A DNA stretch of 64,000 nucleotides from contig JBGSUI010000193.1 of the NCBI GenBank assembly GCA_041736175.1, forward strand, positions 17,446 to 81,445. Reading direction: 5' to 3'. Of the stretch, positions 1 to 9,101 are shown in pieces. The DNA is from Oligoflexales bacterium. Its GTDB lineage: Bacteria; Bdellovibrionota_B; Oligoflexia; Oligoflexales; CAIYRB01. The notes beneath the pieces were generated by a model. That model worked only from the letters and a program-made list of their open reading frames with translations, did not search any database and was not told where the DNA came from. A program made the translations under genes and the position numbers. Every line of letters starts with the position of its first letter. The stretch's first letter is position 1.

Positions 1-114
1 TTGCCTTCTGCAAAGATTTCAACCATAGTAAATGATCACAGGCCTAAATAATCTCAATATCATTTTCGAACATAAGTTTCCCTTAAGCCTAAGGCATACC
101 ATAAGGAGTTCTTC

Positions 115-1272
115 ATGAAGATGGCTTTTGCGCTCAGACCTTACCGATTGTTGCTTGCTGCTACGTTGGCCGTAAGCCCTTTGCTTGTGAACTGCTCGGA
201 TGACGAGTCAGATCCCACAGCAGTGGCCTTGGACGAACTCAAGTTCGCCTTTGGCCTCAGGATCCAAGACCAAGGCAACGGCAATATCCGCCTCTGGTGG
301 AGTGGGGCCAACAACGAAGCAGACTTTTCCGGATACAATATCTACGGGGTCAAGGACAACGCGACTGTTGCTGCTAAGGCGGGATCCGTGATCCAGCTCC
401 TAGACGATGCCGGTGAACCCATCGCGGCTGGCAAAGACCTTTTGTCCAAGATGGCCTATAACGGCAAGGACTGGGAGACCCCCGGGACCGAAAAAAGAGA
501 AGACGACCAAGTCGGCTACTATCCTTTCTACAAAGATAAAACCATCCTCCCCAGCTGTATCCCCCAAGGGGATAAAAAAGAGTGTAAGGTAGGCACCAAG
601 GCGACCTCCGCGGTCACCCTCAATGGAATGGCTTATACGGACCTCACAGGACTCAAGCCAGGGGGACAATACTGCTTTGTGGTGGTTTCGACCTTAGACG
701 AAGCCACTAAAATCTCCTCTTCGACCTCTGAAGTAGCCTGCGTGGTGCCGCGCTCGATCGTTAAAGACCTTGCCGTCACGGTGACGGATGGTTTTAAAAA
801 CCCCACGACCCTTGACCTCACAGCCCTGCGCACGGCCTGTGCTAAGGGAGTGGCAGATTGCAAAATCACTCCCGCATCGGCAACAGGGATTACCGACTGC
901 AAAACGACACCCGGACTTTGCATCGAATACGGTACTTCAACCCTGCACTTTAACGGCAACGAAAAAACCGCCGTTCAAGATTTAGGCTATTATACTGGTG
1001 GTATCAGTCCCGAAGCGATCGAGGACGACAACTTTCCCATGTACTACAAACTCACCAAGTTTGGAGATGTCCAAAATCTTGACGGCTACTCCATCCCCGG
1101 CCAATCCCTCCCCCTCCAAAACAAACATGTCTATGCGATCGCCACAGCCGCCAATGACGCCAAAACCTCCTTTTATTACGATCTGATTTATGTGACCAAG
1201 CTTACAGAAACCGCAAGTGGTGCAGCAAATACCCTTACCCTTGAGATTCGCGTCGCCAACAAAGCTGAGTAA
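115..1272 (+). CDS. Cys-rich lipoprotein with an FN3-like N-terminal region
   Basis: RBS AAGGAG upstream; signal peptide ending LLVNC; segment IRLWWSGANNEADFSGYNIYG and later YCFVVVS; paralog of the next gene. Confidence 0.75.
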   Translation: MKMAFALRPYRLLLAATLAVSPLLVNCSDDESDPTAVALDELKFAFGLRIQDQGNGNIRLWWSGANNEADFSGYNIYGVKDNATVAAKAGSVIQLLDDAGEPIAAGKDLLSKMAYNGKDWETPGTEKREDDQVGYYPFYKDKTILPSCIPQGDKKECKVGTKATSAVTLNGMAYTDLTGLKPGGQYCFVVVSTLDEATKISSSTSEVACVVPRSIVKDLAVTVTDGFKNPTTLDLTALRTACAKGVADCKITPASATGITDCKTTPGLCIEYGTSTLHFNGNEKTAVQDLGYYTGGISPEAIEDDNFPMYYKLTKFGDVQNLDGYSIPGQSLPLQNKHVYAIATAANDAKTSFYYDLIYVTKLTETASGAANTLTLEIRVANKAE

Positions 1273-1308
1273 CCAAAAATACACCAAATATCAGAGGAGA
1301 TAGACCTT

Positions 1309-2631
1309 ATGCTTTTTAAACTTTGGACCCGAAAAACCCAAGTTACAACCTTCATTTCAACACTCGTCTTGCCCGCGACCTTAGGTCTCTTTGGCTGCGA
1401 CGGCGACACCACTGACCCCGCGACCGCTGGGATCGATGACCTTAACCCCCCAGGAGACGTGGTCTCCATCACCCGCGACGGCAAGATCGAACTCCGCTGG
1501 TCCGCTGGCAACGTAGAAGAAGACTTCAAGGGCTATTATGTCTTTGGAATCAAAAAAGCTGACTACGATGCGAAAGCTAAGGGCAAAGCCACCTATCCAA
1601 AAGGCAAGGCCAACCCCGAAGTGGCTGGAATCCCCCGTTGCAAAGACAACTCCGCCTTTTTCGAGGCCTTTGGCCTGCCTAAGTCTGAAACCGACTGTGA
1701 GGGTGCCCCGGAAGAAACCGCTGCAACTTCGACCGGAACTAAGTTGACAGCAGATACACCAACGGATGCTGCTGCCGAAAAGCTGACTGGCTTTTTATCC
1801 TGTGACGAAGAAAAAGCCAACACCACCCCATCACGGCCACGACCGGCTGACAATAAGCCCGTGGTCACGCCCCAAACCTGTACGGTTTCCAAACTTGCGG
1901 ACAAAGATAAGACGGCCCTGGCCAATGGCACGACCTATGCTTTTGTCGTGGTTGCCGTAGCAGATGATGATTTTAGTAAGATTAGCTGGACCTCCAAAGT
2001 GATCTTTGACACTCCTTCGGCCACTGTGCTTGCCAACGCCACTGATAAAGCTAAGCCCTATGAATTGACCTTCCCAGCCTTTACGAGCACTGATAGCAAA
2101 AAGTTTAAGATCACCCTGGATCCAACAACGAGCAAGGCCACTCTAGGAGCCATCGAAGATTGTAGTGGAGCCACGGATTCTGAACCCTGCTCAGCTCTTT
2201 CTAAAAAGAACGGCCTTAGCACGGCGACTTCTGATATTTATATCAGTCGAAACGCCGTAGGCACTTACCTCCAGAGGCTTTATATCTCCGCACCGGCAGG
2301 TGGCTCGGTGATCATCCAACCCCGAGGCCCCCAAACCTACGATCCCTTCAAAGCCGAAAAGACGGCTGATGGTCGGATCCCTGGCGATGCTGCTGCTAAA
2401 GAATTCCCTACTACAGAATTCGGCACCAAATATGTGATCTACAACAACCAAATCTTTGATCTAGAGATCACCAAAAGCAACGTCAAATACTACGGCAAGG
2501 TCTTTATCGGCGACGTGACCTATGGAACGGGAACTGGCAGTGCTATGACCGCAACGGTTAAAATAAACGTGGTCCTCCAACCGGGCGCTGGAATCAAACA
2601 CTACGCCCTAGAGCCAAAAGCCCTTGATTAA
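1309..2631 (+). CDS. Cys-rich lipoprotein with an FN3-like N-terminal region, paralog of 115..1272
   Basis: RBS GAGGAG; lipobox LFGC; LNPPGDV...IELRWSAGNVEEDFKGYYVFG and YAFVVVA. Confidence 0.75.
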   Translation: MLFKLWTRKTQVTTFISTLVLPATLGLFGCDGDTTDPATAGIDDLNPPGDVVSITRDGKIELRWSAGNVEEDFKGYYVFGIKKADYDAKAKGKATYPKGKANPEVAGIPRCKDNSAFFEAFGLPKSETDCEGAPEETAATSTGTKLTADTPTDAAAEKLTGFLSCDEEKANTTPSRPRPADNKPVVTPQTCTVSKLADKDKTALANGTTYAFVVVAVADDDFSKISWTSKVIFDTPSATVLANATDKAKPYELTFPAFTSTDSKKFKITLDPTTSKATLGAIEDCSGATDSEPCSALSKKNGLSTATSDIYISRNAVGTYLQRLYISAPAGGSVIIQPRGPQTYDPFKAEKTADGRIPGDAAAKEFPTTEFGTKYVIYNNQIFDLEITKSNVKYYGKVFIGDVTYGTGTGSAMTATVKINVVLQPGAGIKHYALEPKALD

Positions 2632-2678
2632 AGCGACCCTGGGATTTTAAAGCCCCCTTTGCTCCTATTTAGCACAAG

Positions 2679-2713
2679 AAAACCCCATCCCCCTGTGGAT
2701 GGGGTTTTTGTTT
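2679..2713 (+). terminator. Rho-independent terminator of the lipoprotein pair
   Basis: AAAACCCCATCC-ccctgt-GGATGGGGTTTT perfect stem running into a T-rich tract. Confidence 0.85.
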
Positions 2714-3315
2714 GAAATTTGTTTTGTAAACAATTTCAGAGATTTATTGTTTTAAGTCACATTTTTTTATCATTTTGGCCTTCGGGGCTGTTGGATTTAA
2801 TTGGTTTTTCAACCGGTATAACACTCTATATTTATGGACCTAATTAATTACCTGATAGGGACTGCTAAAGAATTTTTGATCAACTCCGAAGGATCTAATG
2901 TCAGGTTTGTTGCTCAGGTCGGAGTCGTTGAAAGCAAAGGCAAGAGCAGCAATTTATGTAAGAGGAATCAATCTTTGTTGGAGAAATTCAAACAGTGGCA
3001 GCCGAAAATGATCAACACAAACAATAAAACTAAGAAAGGATAAGACCTTCCCCATCAAGAACAATGATCAAAGCGATAAGCCCGTCACATGGAATGAAAG
3101 AAAACTTAGAGGTCTATTTCAAACTATGCACAAGGGAATGTTAGCGAGAGAATTGTTCCCCCTGTCAGGTTAGGCCGACCCCATCTCTGCCTAGACAAAT
3201 CGCTGGCCTAGAGGATTCAGCGATTCCCGCACCCTGCCGCGCCGGTGTCAGACCCAAGGAAACTTGGAGAAGATGCCGGCGCGACATCTTTTTTATCTAA
3301 AAAAAGCTGATTTTT

Positions 3316-3573
3316 TTACTTGGATTTCACAACCGTGCCATCGACGGGATTGAAGTAGATCTCTACTTTTTTGCCGGTCTTGTCCGTACCGTAAATCTCG
3401 TAACAGGTCCCTGGTTTTTTAAACTTTGTGATCTTGTATCCGTCCGCTTCCACTTTCTTTTTGAAATCTTCCTCTTTCATCCATTTATCTTTGGGTTGGT
3501 CGGTGCAATTAGACTTGGCGAAGGCACTGATGCTGATGGATGCCAAGACAGCCGCTAATGCGAGTTTTTTCAT
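3316..3573 (-). CDS. PepSY domain-containing secreted protein
   Basis: Signal peptide; C...W...GYKITKFK..GTCYEIYGTDKTGKKVEIYFNPVDG is typical of PepSY_2; RBS AAGGA. Confidence 0.85.
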   Translation of the reverse strand: MKKLALAAVLASISISAFAKSNCTDQPKDKWMKEEDFKKKVEADGYKITKFKKPGTCYEIYGTDKTGKKVEIYFNPVDGTVVKSK

Positions 3574-3717
3574 GACGATATTCCTTCAAAATAAAGGCAA
3601 TGTTGATATTCACCTCGTACCCAATCAAACTATCTGCTTCTTTAAGCGAGAAGTAAATATCAGACTTAGATCGGATTATGATAAAGAACCACCATAAGCG
3701 GCCTTTTTTTAAGGAGT

Positions 3718-4428
3718 TTGAAATTGAAATTCAATCTTATTTACGATCTCCCTTTAAGAATCTTTCATTGGATGTTTGTCGTTCTGTTTCTTTCTTCCTT
3801 CGCCATTACACAGATTGTAGACGATGATTCTACGGTGTTTGCCTATCATATGATGGCTGGCTTCCTGATGGGTATAGCGGTCCTCTTTAGGATTGTATGG
3901 GGGTTTACAGGAACCCCCTACTCACGATTTTCTCATTTTGCCCTAAAGCCCTCCGACCTATTTGGCTATTTCAAAGGGATTGCTCAAGGGGGTGCTCGCT
4001 TTTGGGATGGGCACAACCCGGCCTCTAGTTGGGCGGGTTTAGGAATGCTTGCGGTAAGTTTAGGTCTATGTGTGACGGGGCTTTTGATGGTTTCGGGCCA
4101 GGATAAGTTCCTCTTAGTGGATATCCATGAGATCCTCGCCTATAGCTTTTTGGCTTTAGCTCTGGGTCATATCGGCGGTATCGCTCTGCATACCGTGATG
4201 CACAAAGATTGGATTGGCTTAAGCATGATCCACGGCAAAAAACCGGACCGGGGCCCAGCCACCTATGTGGGGTCTTCTAAAACCATCGTTGGAGTCTTAT
4301 TTTTGGCGATGATGGTGGCCTTGGCGGTTAAATTATCCACCAGTTTTGACCCATCTCTAGGCCAAATCAATCTCTTCGGTAAGACCTTTCAACTCCTAGA
4401 ACTCGAGGAGGAACAGGAGGATGACTGA
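3718..4428 (+). CDS. Cytochrome b/b6 domain (Ni-hydrogenase cytochrome b-like) membrane protein
   Basis: YDLPLRIFHW, YHMMAG, FRIVWG, GHNP, HE...HIGG haem-ligand His pattern; RBS AAGGAG before TTG. Confidence 0.85.
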   Translation: MKLKFNLIYDLPLRIFHWMFVVLFLSSFAITQIVDDDSTVFAYHMMAGFLMGIAVLFRIVWGFTGTPYSRFSHFALKPSDLFGYFKGIAQGGARFWDGHNPASSWAGLGMLAVSLGLCVTGLLMVSGQDKFLLVDIHEILAYSFLALALGHIGGIALHTVMHKDWIGLSMIHGKKPDRGPATYVGSSKTIVGVLFLAMMVALAVKLSTSFDPSLGQINLFGKTFQLLELEEEQEDD

Positions 4429-4521
4429 AGGGATTGGGCATTGACCGAAGTCAAGAGCCCATCTCTGGCACTTAGACCTCCTAAAACCCAAGAACTCAAG
4501 TTTTATAGTTACAAAGAGACC

Positions 4522-4622
4522 GGCCAGATATAAAATTTATACCTGGCCTAGAAAGTCGATTTTTGACCATTTTCGGCCAAGTATACTGAGTTATAATTGG
4601 CCAAGAGTTGGGAGTTATAATT
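4522..4622. promoter_or_regulatory. Two related imperfect palindromes (putative operator sites) upstream of the AAA-nuclease gene
   Basis: GGCCAG-a-TATAAA-a-TTTATA-c-CTGGCC (4522-4548) and GGCCAA-gtatactgagttataa-TTGGCC (4575-4602); direct repeat GAGTTATAATT at 4588 and 4612. Confidence 0.5.
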
Positions 4623-4647
4623 ATACCAATAATATAAGGTTGTTAAA

Positions 4648-6180
4648 ATGAATCCTCCGGCCCATAAAGCCGCCCGATCATCGATTGTTGGCCGCCAAAG
4701 AGAGCTTACGACACTATTCGATTCTTTTAATCGAAACGAAGCTTGTTTTATCGCTGTCTATGGTCGTCGACGGATCGGAAAAACATTTTTAATCCGCGAA
4801 TTCGCTAAAGAAGTAGAATGCACCTTTTTCAGTGTAACGGGTCAAAAAGACGGCGCTCTTAAGGTGCAGCTAGCTCATTTTAAAAAAGCGATTGAGACCT
4901 GCTTTTATAGCCGAAACCCCTTGCCGGAATTGACTGACTGGAATGGGGCCTTCACCCTACTCGTCACCGCATTACGGAATGAGATTAAAAACAATCCTCA
5001 TCATAAATATCTCATTTTTCTCGACGAACTCCCCTGGCTTTGCACCAAGAGATCGGGTCTTCTTGAGGTGATCGATCATACGTGGAATCATGAACTTAGT
5101 AGTATGCCACAAGTAAAGCTCGTCGTCTGCGGGAGCGCCGCGTCCTGGATCGTTAAAAATATCCTGAGAGCGACCGGAGGACTTCACAATCGAGTCACCG
5201 GCACCATAGCACTTCAGCCCTTTAATCTTGGCGAAGCAAAAGACCTACTAAGAACAAATGGGATCGATTATGCACCCGAACAGCTTATCGACACTTATTT
5301 AGCTTTTGGCGGTGTTCCCTACTACCTAAAACTGATTCGACCTGGGGAATCACCTTCACAAGCGATCGACCGGCTTTGTTTTGGCAAAGGACAACTTCAC
5401 AACGAATTCAACGATCTTTTTAAGGCGCTTTTCTCTCAGGATAATATCCACCAGGATATCATCAAGGCCTTGGCCAAAAAAAGAAGCGGCCTGACCCGCA
5501 AAGAACTCCTTGATCAACTCAATCTTAAAGGAGGTGGCAGCTTCAGCCCCCGCCTCGAAGAACTAGAAGAAGCCGGATTCATCACACAGTTGCCGTCAGT
5601 CGTCGGAAAAAAAAGCTCCATTCACTACCGCGTCATTGATTCATTCACACTCTTTCACCTGCAATGGATAAAGGGTTCGGGACAGGGTGTATTAAACCAG
5701 GATAATGACTATTTTATAAAACAACAAGGGACCCAAGCCTACGACGTTTGGTCAGGCTTTGCATTTGAAAATCTTGTTTTTCAGCATCTCAAGCAAATCA
5801 AAGCTGCCTTAGGTCTCTCCACCATCCCTGTCGTACCGTCTGTTTGGCGAACAAATGATTCTTTGAAGGCTCAAAGCCAATCTCTAAAGGGGGCTCAGAT
5901 CGACCTGGTTCTCGATCGCAGCGATGGAATGATCTCACTCTGTGAGATCAAATACTCCAAAGAAAAATTCTCAATCACAAAGGCCTATGCCGAAAATCTT
6001 CAAAACAAAATGGATCGGTATCGTGAATATATCAATAACAAAAAAAGCGTCAGCCTTGTGATGATCACCCCAAGTGGCCTCGTGGACAATCAATATTCGA
6101 AACGCCTCATCGCAAACGCTATGAGTGTCGAAAAAGTTCTTATATCGGACTTAGAACAACCCACTCACCTAGGTCAGTAG
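4648..6180 (+). CDS. Archaeal-type AAA ATPase with wHTH and a C-terminal PD-(D/E)XK-like nuclease domain
   Basis: IVGRQREL, Walker A GRRRIGKT, Walker B IFLDE, GGVPYYL; C-terminal QIDLVLD...LCEIKY. Confidence 0.85.
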   Translation: MNPPAHKAARSSIVGRQRELTTLFDSFNRNEACFIAVYGRRRIGKTFLIREFAKEVECTFFSVTGQKDGALKVQLAHFKKAIETCFYSRNPLPELTDWNGAFTLLVTALRNEIKNNPHHKYLIFLDELPWLCTKRSGLLEVIDHTWNHELSSMPQVKLVVCGSAASWIVKNILRATGGLHNRVTGTIALQPFNLGEAKDLLRTNGIDYAPEQLIDTYLAFGGVPYYLKLIRPGESPSQAIDRLCFGKGQLHNEFNDLFKALFSQDNIHQDIIKALAKKRSGLTRKELLDQLNLKGGGSFSPRLEELEEAGFITQLPSVVGKKSSIHYRVIDSFTLFHLQWIKGSGQGVLNQDNDYFIKQQGTQAYDVWSGFAFENLVFQHLKQIKAALGLSTIPVVPSVWRTNDSLKAQSQSLKGAQIDLVLDRSDGMISLCEIKYSKEKFSITKAYAENLQNKMDRYREYINNKKSVSLVMITPSGLVDNQYSKRLIANAMSVEKVLISDLEQPTHLGQ

Positions 6181-6570
6181 ACCATCTCCAGGGACATACA
6201 CTTCGCCGCTGGGAAATCCCAGTTTAGACTCCACCCCTGCAACGACCGCAAAGTAATTGCTGTGGGCGATAAACTCCTCAAGGATATAAGCCTGCAGGTT
6301 TTCTTCAGCCCCTGGCCCCCCGTCTAGCCAGCTCTGGAAGACTGCGGGGTCTTCCGTATGAAGGCCGGGTGTCTTAAGGCGCTCTATATACTGGAGCACC
6401 AAGGATCGGTCGACCGTCTTCACCTTAAGATAGGTTTCTAGGGTTTCCTGGACCAGATTAACGGCCTCGTTGCCGGTAAAGAACCTGGCGACCGGGGTCG
6501 CTAAGGCTGGAGTAGCAGCCACACCGAGAGTGGACGACAAAAATCCGCGTCGATTGATAAAATGGGTCAT
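6169..6570 (-). CDS. Small twin-arginine (Tat) signal protein, probably co-transcribed with the lipoxygenase
   Basis: N-terminus INRRGFLSSTLGVAATPALA; RBS GAGGA; 25 nt after the LOX stop. Confidence 0.7.
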   Translation of the reverse strand: MTHFINRRGFLSSTLGVAATPALATPVARFFTGNEAVNLVQETLETYLKVKTVDRSLVLQYIERLKTPGLHTEDPAVFQSWLDGGPGAEENLQAYILEEFIAHSNYFAVVAGVESKLGFPSGEVYVPGDGLLT

Positions 6571-6595
6571 GGGAATCCTCGATCAAAAAAGAGTC

Positions 6596-8437
6596 TTAAA
6601 TATTGATACTCGCTGGGATTCGAGAAGGCAAAAGGTGGACATATTCTAAATCAAAGACTGCTTTGCGAACTTTGTTGCTCTCTTTAATTTTAGTTTCAAT
6701 CTCCCAGAGTTTTAGTTTAAATCGCCCTTCCTCGGTCAAGGACTTAGGATTGAGAACAAAGCTTTTGCGGTAGTTACCCAATCTGGTATTGTTGATGCCC
6801 GCTAGAAGCGAGAGAATATTCCACGTTTGAATCGCTACATCCATGGGAGGAAACATATCAAGGTAGTCTTGTTCCGAATGCTCCCGACCTTTTGGTGCTG
6901 GTGCATAGCCACCGAGGGGATTTGCGGGTACAAACAGCATCTCAGACCCTTGGGGAAAATTAACCGCTGCATGCTGCGGGCCAGCCGTAAAGATCACCAT
7001 GGTCAGGATTTCAATAAGCTCATTCCGGTCGCCAATCGCACCTCCACCTTTTGTAAACCCTAAAACTTTTCCGGTGGTCTCAATCTCCTTAGCCCAGTTT
7101 TGGATTTCATAGTCGCCCCGGACATCCCCATCGCTGGTGTACCAGATACTGATATAGGCAGACACCCAGTTTTTAATGGCTTCCCAGATTAGGAGACCAT
7201 CATCACGGTAGGGATAAAGGGGGATTTTACCTGGATCTCTCACTCCCATCCGCTCTAAGCGGACTGGCAGAAAATTGTCCCGAAAATTGTAATTAAGGCG
7301 AGCTTTACCTAGGTAGGGATAGTTCATCTCTATCTTGCTGCCCACGAGGCGATCTACGGATTTTTCCGGCAGGATCAGCGAGGTTCGCGCTCCGATGTTG
7401 ATCTTGATAGTGCCTTCGAAATGGGGGTTTAGTAATTTATAGACCGGATGAATGGGGTGGAGTTGGTGACGGGTCCCCATGACGACAGCGTCGATAAGCA
7501 GGTGGGTCAAGCCTAGGTGGGTGACCACTTCGTGATGGTTGTTGTGGGCAGCAAGCATGGCTACCTTAGACATTTTCCAACTATTGCCATCTTTGGGGGT
7601 CAAGACCTCATAGCCATCTTCTTTGACCCCTGGCCGGATCGCTATGGGCAACAGATTTTTACCACCTCGAGGGAGTGCAAACGCAACGGTAGGGGCATAG
7701 GTGTATTTCAGTTCGTCTGAGATCAGCCCGGCAAATCGACGCTCCGTCGCATGGGGATGGGGTAGTTTTGGGTTGCGTTCAAAGAGGGCAGTAAAGTCCG
7801 AACGATCGACAAAAAACACCCGTCCTTCGCCGACCGCAGCGCCGATCGAGTCGCCACTAAATCCAGGGACTTCGCCTAATTTGAAGTTAGTCAGGTTAAG
7901 CTGCGCAGGCGGCCGCTCGGATCTATATCGTTCGAGTTGGTTAGGATTCGGACCTGCCACAAAATTATAGGCAAACGTCTTGTCTGAGTCCCAGTTTTTA
8001 ACGATCGGAGGAACGGGTGAATAGACAGGACCAACGACCGAATTGCGCATAGTAAATACATTTTCAATATAGTCTTGAAAAGATTTTGGGCGACTCTGCT
8101 CCCGCCCACCTTTAATAAATCCATAATCTGGAGTAAAATATTCCCCTATATCACCATCGTTTTTCAAAATATTAGCAAGTCTTACAAGATCTCTTCTTTG
8201 TTTAGGTGAATACCACTGGTATTTGTCGTAGCATTGCCAAAGGTTTCTTCGACAAAGCAAAAAATTTGCAACTATTTTAGCTGTCCAATCTGGATAGTTT
8301 TCATCGATTTCTCTTTCTTCTGCAGCCAGTGGTATTCCAATATCGTTATTGTATTTGTATTGGTCAGCCTGGCCTTTTAGCTCTGCTCGACGTTTTTCGA
8401 GGTTTCCATCGCTTTGAGGCAACTTAATTTCTGCCAT
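6596..8437 (-). CDS. Lipoxygenase (non-haem iron)
   Basis: HHEVVTHLGLTHL, HPVYKLLNPHF, YPYRDDG, QHAAVNF and C-terminal IPASINI (Ile ligand); start moved to ATG 8437 because of RBS AAGGAG. Confidence 0.95.
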   Translation of the reverse strand: MAEIKLPQSDGNLEKRRAELKGQADQYKYNNDIGIPLAAEEREIDENYPDWTAKIVANFLLCRRNLWQCYDKYQWYSPKQRRDLVRLANILKNDGDIGEYFTPDYGFIKGGREQSRPKSFQDYIENVFTMRNSVVGPVYSPVPPIVKNWDSDKTFAYNFVAGPNPNQLERYRSERPPAQLNLTNFKLGEVPGFSGDSIGAAVGEGRVFFVDRSDFTALFERNPKLPHPHATERRFAGLISDELKYTYAPTVAFALPRGGKNLLPIAIRPGVKEDGYEVLTPKDGNSWKMSKVAMLAAHNNHHEVVTHLGLTHLLIDAVVMGTRHQLHPIHPVYKLLNPHFEGTIKINIGARTSLILPEKSVDRLVGSKIEMNYPYLGKARLNYNFRDNFLPVRLERMGVRDPGKIPLYPYRDDGLLIWEAIKNWVSAYISIWYTSDGDVRGDYEIQNWAKEIETTGKVLGFTKGGGAIGDRNELIEILTMVIFTAGPQHAAVNFPQGSEMLFVPANPLGGYAPAPKGREHSEQDYLDMFPPMDVAIQTWNILSLLAGINNTRLGNYRKSFVLNPKSLTEEGRFKLKLWEIETKIKESNKVRKAVFDLEYVHLLPSRIPASINI

Positions 8438-8629
8438 TGCCGGCTCCTTAAAAAATCCGATTGGGTCTATCACGATTTGACTGAAGGTTAGATATGAATA
8501 AGATTATCTACCGGAAGGATTCCATTCGTCAACCCATGCCAAAGCCCATCGATATTGCAATCACCTCTCTTTCGAGGTTACAATAAACAACGAACCTATT
8601 TATCATTTGTTCTAAGGCAAGGATCGATT

Positions 8630-9082
8630 ATGCTGCAAAAATTATTTGTTTTTATGACGTTTATATCTCTAATCTCATGCCGTACAACAAACACAGGAAG
8701 CAATGATGGCTCGTCCCTACAGGCCTGGAACAACGCACAGGCAATCGACGTCGCAAAAGTTAACTTTAGGTCTGTGATTACGAGTTGTGTTCCTAAGATG
8801 GCCAATTACATCCAGGCCGGTCGCGGCGAAAAGGTAAAGCGATTTTTGGAGGTAACCAGGGTCGATAAGTTTTTAGATTATATCCTTAGCAGACCCTCTA
8901 CTAAAACCCAGGAGGTTGACTCTATCCTGCGGACCTATTACGAAAGTGGACAAAAAAATCTTGATGACTGTTTAGGACCCGTCGCTGAGTTTGTCGTCCT
9001 TGAGTTTGTAAACTCCACAGGTCTGTTGCGCTATGGGTTTGGAACTAAGGGCGAAATCCTAAATGAGCCTGATGGCACCTAA
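8630..9082 (+). CDS. Hypothetical lipoprotein
   Basis: ATG 8630 after AAGGA; MLQKLFVFMTFISLISC lipobox. Confidence 0.65.
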   Translation: MLQKLFVFMTFISLISCRTTNTGSNDGSSLQAWNNAQAIDVAKVNFRSVITSCVPKMANYIQAGRGEKVKRFLEVTRVDKFLDYILSRPSTKTQEVDSILRTYYESGQKNLDDCLGPVAEFVVLEFVNSTGLLRYGFGTKGEILNEPDGT

Positions 9083-9101
9083 AGTATGGAACTCCCCTAA
9101 C

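Noticed and set aside
2834..3043. 69-aa ORF in the intergenic gap
   Set aside because: No clear RBS or motif; AT-rich; probably spurious
3238..3283. SRP (4.5S) RNA
   Set aside because: Has a GNRA-capped stem but lacks the conserved CAGG...GGAA...AGCA domain IV motif
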